This document shows, one piece after another, positions 56,606-64,000 of a stretch of 64,000 nt of DNA. Numbering within the stretch: the stretch's first letter is position 1; every line of letters begins with the position of its first letter. The DNA is from an uncultured Gemmatimonadaceae bacterium (GTDB lineage Bacteria; Gemmatimonadota; Gemmatimonadetes; Gemmatimonadales; Gemmatimonadaceae): contig CAWFQK010000003.1 in assembly GCA_963817955.1 (NCBI GenBank), forward strand, positions 160,001 through 224,000. Reading direction: 5' to 3'. The translations under genes and the position numbers were made by a program. The notes below the pieces were generated by a model, which did not search any database, had not been told where the DNA came from, and worked only from the letters and a program-made list of their open reading frames with translations.

Positions 56606-57850
56606 TCATCTCGCGTCAGCGGTTGCCGCCGTTCCATCCGATGCAAAATGCGATGCGACGTAGTCCTCCAGGATCTTTAAGAAATCCTGAACGATGGTGT
56701 CGCCCTTCAGTGTCGTGAACAGCGCGCCATCCACGTACACGGGCGCCTTCGGTTCCTCGAAGGTGCCGGGGAGCGAGATGCCGATGTTCGCGTGCTTGGA
56801 CTCGCCGGGCCCGTTCACCACGCAGCCCATCACCGCGACCTTCAACTCTTCCACCCCGGGCCGTTGCTCGCGCCACACCGGCATCTGTTCGCGGATATAG
56901 GTCTGGATATCTTCCGCCATGTGCTGGAAGAACGTGGAGGTCGTGCGGCCGCAACCGGGGCACGCCGTGACCTGTGGCGCGAAGCTCCGCAATTCGAGCG
57001 ACTGCAGAATCTGTTGTGCCACGAGTACTTCCTCGGTGCGATCGCCGTTCGGTTTCGGGGTGAGGGAAACGCGAATCGTATCGCCGATGCCTTCGGCGAG
57101 CAGAATCGACAGGCCCGCCGTGCTCGCGACGATGCCCTTGGTCCCCATGCCGGCCTCAGTCAGCCCGAGGTGCAACGGGTAGTCGCAGCGCACCGCGAGA
57201 CGACGGTACACTTCGACCAGATCCTGCACTCCCGACACCTTCGCAGAAATGATGATGTACTCATGGGCAAGTCCCACCTCTTCGGCCATCTCTGCTGAGC
57301 GAAGTGCGCTGGCGAGCATCGCCTCGATATAGACATCCTTCGCGGTCCGCGGCGTCGTCGCGCTCGCGTTCGCATCCATCATCTCCGTGAGCAGTTCCTG
57401 GTCGAGCGAGCCCCAGTTCACGCCGATCCGCACGGGTTTGTCACTGTCGACGGCGATCTGTACGATCGTCCGGAAGTTCTCGTCACGCCGTTTGCCGCCG
57501 ACGTTGCCAGGGTTGATGCGGTATTTCGCCAGCGCGCGCGCCGTGTCCGGGTACTTCGCGAGTAGCAGGTGCCCGTTGTAATGGAAGTCACCGACGATCG
57601 GCACGATGACTCCAGCGTCGATCACACGCTGCACCAGTTCGGGCACCGCCGCCGCCGCCTGCTCGTTGTTCACGGTCACGCGGACGAGCTGCGACCCAGC
57701 GCGCGCCAAGGCAACGACCTGGCGGGCGGTCGCGCTGGCGTCCGCGGTATCGGTGTTCGTCATGGACTGTACGACAACTGGCATGGCGGAGCCCACTGGA
57801 ACACCGCCTACCCAGGTCGTGACCGTCTGTCGCCGCCTCTCAAATGCCAC
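56606..57850 (-). CDS. ispG: (E)-4-hydroxy-3-methylbut-2-enyl-diphosphate synthase
   Basis: [46 protein letters not shown]; start reassigned to GTG 57850. Confidence 0.95.
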   Translation of the reverse strand: MAFERRRQTVTTWVGGVPVGSAMPVVVQSMTNTDTADASATARQVVALARAGSQLVRVTVNNEQAAAAVPELVQRVIDAGVIVPIVGDFHYNGHLLLAKYPDTARALAKYRINPGNVGGKRRDENFRTIVQIAVDSDKPVRIGVNWGSLDQELLTEMMDANASATTPRTAKDVYIEAMLASALRSAEMAEEVGLAHEYIIISAKVSGVQDLVEVYRRLAVRCDYPLHLGLTEAGMGTKGIVASTAGLSILLAEGIGDTIRVSLTPKPNGDRTEEVLVAQQILQSLELRSFAPQVTACPGCGRTTSTFFQHMAEDIQTYIREQMPVWREQRPGVEELKVAVMGCVVNGPGESKHANIGISLPGTFEEPKAPVYVDGALFTTLKGDTIVQDFLKILEDYVASHFASDGTAATADAR

Positions 57851-58072
57851 TGTCAGAATCCTCTGCTTCGGGGCCGCCGAAAGATAGTTGCCGTGCGGCG
57901 CCCTCTCACCTGGCTCGGCCGATTGTTCACAACGTGCTTGACCGAATTTTAATGGTTTGCTACCTTGGCGTCGCTGGAGGCGGGCCGCCGGGAGTGCCGG
58001 GAGCCGTTGGCGCCAGCGAGTATGGCCCCGCACAACATGGTGTTGTGGCGGCAGTTCTTTCAGGAGTCGGAC

Positions 58073-58288
58073 ATGCGTACGACTGGAAAGGTGAAGTGGT
58101 TCAACGACGCCAAGGGCTTTGGTTTCATCACGCCGGACGGCGGTGAAAAAGACTGCTTCGTCCACTACAGTTCCATCCAGGGAAACGGCTTCAAGACGCT
58201 CGCCGAAGGTGATCCGGTCGAGTTCGACCTTGTGCAGGGCCAGAAGGGGCCTGCGGCCGAGAACGTGAGCAAGGTCGCCGCGCAGTAA
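58073..58288 (+). CDS. cold-shock protein
   Basis: [36 protein letters not shown]. Confidence 0.95.
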   Translation: MRTTGKVKWFNDAKGFGFITPDGGEKDCFVHYSSIQGNGFKTLAEGDPVEFDLVQGQKGPAAENVSKVAAQ

Positions 58289-58313
58289 CCGCGCGTCGTT
58301 CTCGCTGCAGGAC

Positions 58314-58346
58314 AACGGGACGCCGGATGCCGGCGTCCCGTTTTTT
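58314..58346 (+). terminator. Rho-independent terminator
   Basis: AACGGGACGCCGG-ATG-CCGGCGTCCCGTTTTTT. Confidence 0.88.
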
Positions 58347-58387
58347 CGGCCACAAATGGCGGTACTCGCTCCCGATGGCGTCTCGCC

Positions 58388-58780
58388 TCATTCGCCATGT
58401 GGGACCGCGCCTGGCGGGCGTCCACGCCGGCGGGGGACGACCGACTCGACGGCTTCAGCGACGAGCGCGTCCACTGTTCGCTGGAATGAGTCTCGGTCGA
58501 GCTTGAGCTCCAGATCGGCGCCGAGCGTTACATGCGTAGCGTTTGTGGTCAGGAGTTGGCCGGCCAGTTGGACGGCCCGCTCTGTCGGGACGCCGAATTC
58601 CAGGCACAGCCGCCGGATGAGGGCGATGTGGTAGATGCCCGTCGAGGAAACCCTTCGCGCAACGCCCTGCTTCCCACCGTCAACACCCGGAATGTCGAAG
58701 TGGGACAGGAGGTTGTCGATCCACTTACGATCGACAGTCGCCGCGAAGCGTGCAATGTCAACGTGATAGTGTCGGGCCAT
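58388..58780 (-). CDS. putative MerR-like DNA-binding protein with C-terminal AT-hook-like motif
   Basis: VDRKWIDNLL..GVARRVS pattern; PRRRGRPP tail. Confidence 0.6.
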   Translation of the reverse strand: MARHYHVDIARFAATVDRKWIDNLLSHFDIPGVDGGKQGVARRVSSTGIYHIALIRRLCLEFGVPTERAVQLAGQLLTTNATHVTLGADLELKLDRDSFQRTVDALVAEAVESVVPRRRGRPPGAVPHGE

Positions 58781-58808
58781 TATTTATCCTGAAATAGTAG
58801 GATAAATA
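58781..58808. promoter_or_regulatory. 10-bp inverted repeat abutting start codon
   Basis: TATTTATCCT-N8-AGGATAAATA in an AT-rich island. Confidence 0.6.
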
Positions 58809-58972
58809 CTATCAGCCAGCAATAGAATAATATTACTTCACTGGAAGGATAATATCCTATCGGAACAGGGTCTGGGGGTTGGCCCTGCGAGGTCGCACCG
58901 GCCGTCGCAACGTATGTAGAGTCTGGCACGGAACTGGAAGCCGTTTAGCCGTCACTGCTCACAGGAGACACA

Positions 58973-59506
58973 ATGACTCGTCTGCTACGCTGCGGGGTTG
59001 TCCTCGCCCTGTTGGCCGCGGAACCGGTGGCCGTGCGCGCCCAGTCCCCGTCGAACAAGGTCACGCTGAACATTGCCGCCGGTCTGTCGCTGCCTACGGG
59101 ATCGTTCTCCAATGGCAACGACGCAGGTTACAACCTGATCGTCGGCGCCGGTGTCATGCCGCCACTGTCGCAGCTTGGATTCCGCGTCGAGGGCATCTAC
59201 ACGGAATTCAACGCGAAAGACTTCAACGAGAAGTCGCATGCTGGAGGGGTGACTGCCAACGTCGTATACGACCTCAACCCCGTGAACCCCCGCCAGCCGG
59301 GAAGCACGATCTATCTCATTGGCGGCGCCGGCTACTACAGCACACGCGACGTCTTCTTCGACAATGGGGGAAACCTCGGGTGGAATGTGGGGGGAGGATT
59401 CCGCTTTCCGCTCAGTGGCTTTTCGGCGTACCTCGAGGCACGGTACCACGCTGTCACCAACACCGAGGTGAGGTTCGTCCCGATCAGCTTTGGGCTGGAA
59501 TTCTGA
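58973..59506 (+). CDS. 8-stranded outer-membrane beta-barrel protein
   Basis: AGGAG RBS, signal peptide, YLIGGAGYY, EARYH, terminal Phe. Confidence 0.85.
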   Translation: MTRLLRCGVVLALLAAEPVAVRAQSPSNKVTLNIAAGLSLPTGSFSNGNDAGYNLIVGAGVMPPLSQLGFRVEGIYTEFNAKDFNEKSHAGGVTANVVYDLNPVNPRQPGSTIYLIGGAGYYSTRDVFFDNGGNLGWNVGGGFRFPLSGFSAYLEARYHAVTNTEVRFVPISFGLEF

Positions 59507-59528
59507 CGGGTTGCACCATTGCCGGAGG

Positions 59529-60938
59529 CTACCCGATCGCCGTCTGCGCGGCTTCGAGTTGCGCGCGCACGGCACTCGGGCCGGTGCCGCCTTCCACCTC
59601 GCGCTGTTCCACCGATTGCAGGGCCGACAGTGCGTCAAATACGTCCTGCTCGAACAACGGATGCGCGCTGCAAAAGGCGGAGAGCGGTAGCGTGTGCAGT
59701 TCGAGCTTCTCTTCCTCGCATTGGCGAACGAGCCGGCCCACGGCGCCGTGTGCTTCTCGGAAGGTCGCACCCTTGCGAACGAGATAATCCGCCAAGTCCG
59801 TCGCCATCATCGTGCTCGACAGCGCCGCACGCATCCGCTGCGGCTTGAATTCGCACTCGTCGAGGGCTCCGGCAACAGCTGGGAGTACCAATAGGAGCGT
59901 GTCCACCGCGTCGAACAGCACGCGCTTGTCGTCCTGCAGATCCTTGTTGTAACTCGTTGGCAGACCCTTGAGCGTCGCCAGGAGCGCGGTCAGGTTGCCG
60001 AGCATACGCGCCGCGGACCCGCGCGCCAGCTCGAGCGCGTCGGGGTTCCGTTTTTGGGGCATCATGCTCGATCCTGACGTATACATGTCGCCAAACTGTA
60101 CGAAGCCGAACTCGCTTGAGCCGTAAATAATGAGATCTTCGGCGAGGCGCGACAGGTGCGTACCGATCATCGTCGCGGCGAACAGCAATTCAGCTACGAA
60201 GTCGCGATCGCTCACTGCGTCGATGGAGTTCGGTGAGATCGCACCAAAGCCCAGGCTACCCTGGAGAAGCACACGCGAGATCGGATAGGCGCACCCGGCC
60301 ACCGCGCCGGAACCCAATGGCAGAACACCAGCGGTACGCTGCGCTGAACGCAGGCGTGCGCGATCGCGCTCGAGCGGCCAGAAGTGCGACAACATCCAGT
60401 GTGCGGCGGAAACCGGAATTGCGCGCTGCATGTGCGTGTACGACGGCATGATCGCGGTCTCGAGACCCTGGGCCTGATCGATCATCACCTGCTGTAGCGT
60501 GCGCACGGCCAAGTCGAGCCGAATGGCGGCTTCCATCGACCAGAGGCGTGTCGCGGTCGCGACCTGATCGTTGCGGCTGCGCCCTGTGTGGAGCTTTGAC
60601 GCGACGTCGCCGACCTCGGCGTGGAGCAGCCGATCGATGAGTGTATGCACGTCTTCGTCGCCGTCGCCTGGCCGCTCACCGGCCGCGAGTCGCGCACCGA
60701 CGGCGTCGAGACCGATCTCGATCTCGCTGCACTCTCCCAAAGTGAGCACGTCGGCCTTGTACAGCGCCATCGCCCACGCTTTGGAGAGCCGGATGTCGTA
60801 TGGCCACAGGCGAAAGTCGATGTCGATGGAGTTGTTCAGTGCGTCGAACTCCGGGGCAGGACCGCCAGAAAACCGGCCGCCCCAGAGCTTGTGCGACTTT
60901 CCCGACAACAGGGGGCGGGACGCAGCGGCGGCCGTCAC
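59529..60938 (-). CDS. argH: argininosuccinate lyase
   Basis: [31 protein letters not shown]. Confidence 0.96.
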   Translation of the reverse strand: MTAAAASRPLLSGKSHKLWGGRFSGGPAPEFDALNNSIDIDFRLWPYDIRLSKAWAMALYKADVLTLGECSEIEIGLDAVGARLAAGERPGDGDEDVHTLIDRLLHAEVGDVASKLHTGRSRNDQVATATRLWSMEAAIRLDLAVRTLQQVMIDQAQGLETAIMPSYTHMQRAIPVSAAHWMLSHFWPLERDRARLRSAQRTAGVLPLGSGAVAGCAYPISRVLLQGSLGFGAISPNSIDAVSDRDFVAELLFAATMIGTHLSRLAEDLIIYGSSEFGFVQFGDMYTSGSSMMPQKRNPDALELARGSAARMLGNLTALLATLKGLPTSYNKDLQDDKRVLFDAVDTLLLVLPAVAGALDECEFKPQRMRAALSSTMMATDLADYLVRKGATFREAHGAVGRLVRQCEEEKLELHTLPLSAFCSAHPLFEQDVFDALSALQSVEQREVEGGTGPSAVRAQLEAAQTAIG

Positions 60939-62203
60939 GCGATCTGCAGTGCTGGTGCTTCCTGCGCTTCCTTCCTTAATGGTGTCGCCGGCGCCAGCCC
61001 CATCTCCTGATCCTTGAGCGCCCGGACGCGCGCCGGCAGCGCGAAGAGGCGGATGAAGCCTGCAGCGTCGCTCTGCTGATACACGTCGTCCTCACCGAAT
61101 GTGACGAACCGTTCGTCGTACAACGCATGCACGCTCTCCCGACCGATGACCTGCAGGGAGCCCTTGAACAGGCGGAGCGTGACCGTGCCAGTGATCCGCT
61201 CCTGGGTGATGTTGACGAAGGCGTCGTACGCTTCGCGTTCGGTCGTCCACCAGCGGCCCTCATAGACGAGATCCGCATAACGTGGCGCGATCATGTCTTT
61301 GGCCGCGAGCGTGCGGCGATCGAGTACGAGCTGCTCGAGCTCCGAATGCGCGGCGTAGAGCAATGCTCCACCCGGTGTCTCGTACACGCCGCGGCTCTTC
61401 ATGCCGACCATACGATCTTCGACCAGGTCAACGACGCCGACACCGTGCTTGCCGCCAATGCCGTTGAGCGCGGCAATGAGATCGACCGCGCCAAAACGGG
61501 CGCCGTTCACCGAGACCGGCGTGCCCTTTTCGAAGCCGATCACGACCTTCTCCGGCGAGTCCGGCGCATCGGTGACGTTCCGCGTGAGCATGAGCAGATC
61601 GTCCGGGGGCGCGTTGTTCGGATCCTCGAGCACGCCGCCTTCATGCGACAAATGCCAGAGGTTCGCGTCACGGGAATAGATCTTCTGGCGTGTGGCCGTG
61701 ATAGGAATGCCACGCGCTTCAGCGTACGCAATAGCGTCCTCGCGGCTCCGGATGTCCCACTCACGCCAAGGCGCGATGACGGGTAGGTCGGGAGCAAAGG
61801 CAGCGAAAGTCATCTCGAAGCGCACCTGATCGTTACCCTTGCCCGTGCATCCGTGGGCAAGCGCATCCGCACCAACCTGGCGGGCGACCTCCACCTGCCG
61901 CCGAGCAATGAGCGGGCGGGCCATGGAGGTGCCGAGCAGGTATTTGCGGTTGTAGATCGCCCCAGCGCGGAGCGTGGGGTAGATGAAGTCTTCGACGAAC
62001 TCCTCGCGGAGGTCTTCGACGAAACAGTCGTCGGCGCCGGACGCGATGGCCTTGGCGCGCACGCCGGCCAGCTCCTCGCTGCCCTGCCCGATATCGGCGG
62101 CAACGCAGATGACGCGGGCCCCACCATAGTTCTCCTTGAGCCAGGGAACGATGATGGAGGTATCAAGACCGCCAGAATAGGCGAGGACGATCGTGCGAAA
62201 CAT
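60935..62203 (-). CDS. argG: argininosuccinate synthase
   Basis: [32 protein letters not shown]. Confidence 0.96.
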   Translation of the reverse strand: MFRTIVLAYSGGLDTSIIVPWLKENYGGARVICVAADIGQGSEELAGVRAKAIASGADDCFVEDLREEFVEDFIYPTLRAGAIYNRKYLLGTSMARPLIARRQVEVARQVGADALAHGCTGKGNDQVRFEMTFAAFAPDLPVIAPWREWDIRSREDAIAYAEARGIPITATRQKIYSRDANLWHLSHEGGVLEDPNNAPPDDLLMLTRNVTDAPDSPEKVVIGFEKGTPVSVNGARFGAVDLIAALNGIGGKHGVGVVDLVEDRMVGMKSRGVYETPGGALLYAAHSELEQLVLDRRTLAAKDMIAPRYADLVYEGRWWTTEREAYDAFVNITQERITGTVTLRLFKGSLQVIGRESVHALYDERFVTFGEDDVYQQSDAAGFIRLFALPARVRALKDQEMGLAPATPLRKEAQEAPALQIA

Positions 62204-62218
62204 GGGCGCTCCTTAGCA

Positions 62219-62253
62219 TGCACTGTTATGCAACCGGAACGCATATTTAATCA
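62219..62253. promoter_or_regulatory. tandem ARG boxes upstream of argG
   Basis: TGCACTGTTATGCA and CGCATATTTAATCA, 21-bp period, resemble TGMAT-wwww-ATKCA. Confidence 0.65.
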
Positions 62254-62315
62254 CAATTTGCCCGCCCGTCAATCCTTAATTCAGTGTTGCGGGTTCATCC
62301 AGGCTGCCAACGCCG

Positions 62316-62774
62316 TCATTTGCCGTGCGACAGGCGCACCAGGCGATCGATGAGCGTTTGGCGAGCCTCGGCAGACCGGCAGACAATGAGTACGGTGTTC
62401 TCGCCAGCCAACGTGCCGATGATCTCTGGCCATCCCTGCGAGTCAATGGCCTCGGCAATCGGTTGTGCGCCACTGGGAAGGGTGTGAAGGACGACGAGTT
62501 CACCGACGCCATCCACGCGCGAGAATAATTGTGGTAACAGCATGCCAAGAGCCGGCTTAGACTCGTCGGACACCATCTCCGGCAGCATGTAGCGAGAGCC
62601 GTCTTCGCCCGGCGCTCGCACCACACCAAGGTCGCGTAAGTCGCGCGATAATGTCGCCTGGGTCACGATCAGCCCACGGGCCGCAAGGAGCTGCTTCAGC
62701 TCCTCCTGGCTCGCCACATGGTGACCGCTCACGAGCTGAACGATCGCGTTCTGGCGCGCTTCCTTGTTGCTCAT
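62316..62774 (-). CDS. argR: arginine repressor
   Basis: SQEEL, VTQATLSRDLRDLG, GTLAGENT. Confidence 0.95.
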   Translation of the reverse strand: MSNKEARQNAIVQLVSGHHVASQEELKQLLAARGLIVTQATLSRDLRDLGVVRAPGEDGSRYMLPEMVSDESKPALGMLLPQLFSRVDGVGELVVLHTLPSGAQPIAEAIDSQGWPEIIGTLAGENTVLIVCRSAEARQTLIDRLVRLSHGK

Positions 62775-62850
62775 CGATGGTTCGGTATCAATAGCACCGG
62801 AATTGGCCACAGGCGGCCTCTGAGTGATCGTGGGATTGACTTCGGAGCGG

Positions 62851-62885
62851 TGAATTATTATGCATCACGTGTGAATATAATACCG
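62851..62885. promoter_or_regulatory. tandem ARG boxes at argC/argR divergent promoter
   Basis: TGAATTATTATGCA (62851-62864) and weaker TGAATATAATACCG (62872-62885), 21-bp period. Confidence 0.75.
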
Positions 62886-63830
62886 ATCGGGGTGCTCGGG
62901 GCCAGCGGTTATGCCGGCCGCGAGCTCTGCGCACTCATTCATCGCCACCCGGCGCTTTCGCTCGCCTTTGCCACGGCGAACGACCAACGCGGCAGCTCCG
63001 CCCGCCTCGGCGGACGGGACGTAACGTTCGTCGCGCCCGATGATGTCAATCTGAGTGACGCCGAACTCGTGTTCAGTGCCCTGCCGCATGGTGCATCCAT
63101 GGAATGGGTTCAGCGTGCGCAAGCGGCCGGTGTCCGCGTGGTTGATCTATCGGTAGACCTGCGTCCCGGCAATGGGTGCCAGGGTTTCGCCTACGGTCTC
63201 ACGGAACTCAACCGGGAGTTGGTGAAAGGCGCCAGTGTCGTCGCCAATCCAGGGTGCTATCCCACGTCCATCCTCATGGCGCTGGCACCCCTGGTGGAGC
63301 GCGGACTCGTCGCCGACGGTGGGACGATCATCGCCAACTCCGCAAGCGGTGTGACGGGTGCCGGCAACTCGCCGAAACGCGAGCTGCTGTTCGCCGAGGT
63401 GGCGGACGACTACCGCGCGTACGGCATTGGCAACACGCACCGCCACCTGAAGGAAATGCGGGCGACGCTCGACAGCTGGGGCTCTCCGGCAGATCTGGTT
63501 TTCACGCCGCACCTGCTGCCAGTCGCGCGCGGCATCCTGTCATCGATCACCGTGCCGCTCACCAGAGCACTCCCCGACGCGCTCGAGCCATGGCGGGCCG
63601 CGTTTGCCAATGAGCCTTGCATTGAGATCACGGATTGCACGCCGTCTCTCAAGGACGTGGCCCACCGGAACATTGTCCGCATTTCGGCGACCATGGTGGC
63701 TGGAACGCGCGCGCCGATGCTGCTCGTGACCTCGGCGATCGACAATCTGATGAAAGGCGCTGCCGGACAGGCGGTTCAGAACGCGAACCTCATGCTGGGT
63801 CTCGACGAAACCCTCGGGCTGCCGTTATGA
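62871..63830 (+). CDS. argC: N-acetyl-gamma-glutamyl-phosphate reductase
   Basis: GASGYAG, ALPHG, ANPGCYPT, SGVTGAG, DNLMKGAAGQA; start reassigned to GTG 62871. Confidence 0.95.
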   Translation: MNIIPIGVLGASGYAGRELCALIHRHPALSLAFATANDQRGSSARLGGRDVTFVAPDDVNLSDAELVFSALPHGASMEWVQRAQAAGVRVVDLSVDLRPGNGCQGFAYGLTELNRELVKGASVVANPGCYPTSILMALAPLVERGLVADGGTIIANSASGVTGAGNSPKRELLFAEVADDYRAYGIGNTHRHLKEMRATLDSWGSPADLVFTPHLLPVARGILSSITVPLTRALPDALEPWRAAFANEPCIEITDCTPSLKDVAHRNIVRISATMVAGTRAPMLLVTSAIDNLMKGAAGQAVQNANLMLGLDETLGLPL

Positions 63831-64000
63831 CGCGCGTCATCAAGGTCGGTGGCCGGCCGCAGAGCAATCCCACGTTATCGGCGACGCTTGCCGCGGTCAG
63901 TCGTACGAATGGGGGCGTCGTGCTCGTGCATGGCGGTGGAGATGAAGTGACCACGCTGCAATCGATCCTTGGCGGGAGCACGACGTTCGTGAACGGCCGT
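63827..64000 (+). CDS. argB: acetylglutamate kinase (partial, runs off window)
   Basis: ATGA overlap with argC; MTRVIKVGG..VLVHGGG..FVNGR. Confidence 0.88.
   Translation, partial: MTRVIKVGGRPQSNPTLSATLAAVSRTNGGVVLVHGGGDEVTTLQSILGGSTTFVNGR

Noticed and set aside
57851..58315. N-terminal extension of IspG (569-aa ORF)
   Set aside because: Antisense to the cold-shock gene; IspG similarity begins near 57850

Overview
High-GC bacterial chromosome segment. A Gemmatimonadota-like origin is inferred from the PadR/ADOP permease pair, the QFVVDT-type TonB-like proteins and overall gene style; this is not proven. It has three parts. (1) 1-5.8 kb: a truncated HicB, a PadR + ADOP permease pair and an ABC-2 exporter. 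(2) About 5.9-32 kb: a heavily eroded accessory region of short minus-strand genes separated by integron attC sites (four near-complete, about eight half or collapsed) with no integrase in the window, i.e. a CALIN-like cassette array. It holds two intact and four broken toxin-antitoxin modules, duplicated cassettes with complementary deletions, IS701-like and IS3 remnants, and two plus-strand insertions. The larger insertion is an intact five-gene chaperone operon (831-aa TPR protein ending in QGDLF, HPD-less J protein, GrpE, atypical Hsp70, Zn-ribbon/TPR protein), the best candidate here for an undescribed system. (3) 32-64 kb: intact housekeeping genes (nucleoside-type ABC ATPase, Nif3, BMP, parB, parA with two variant parS palindromes, mnmG, ABC-F, murB, M16 peptidases, HisA-like, plastocyanin, ispG, cold-shock protein, argH/G/R/C/B with ARG boxes). 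No rRNA, tRNA or CRISPR array was recognised. All family calls come from motif recognition by eye, not from database searches.
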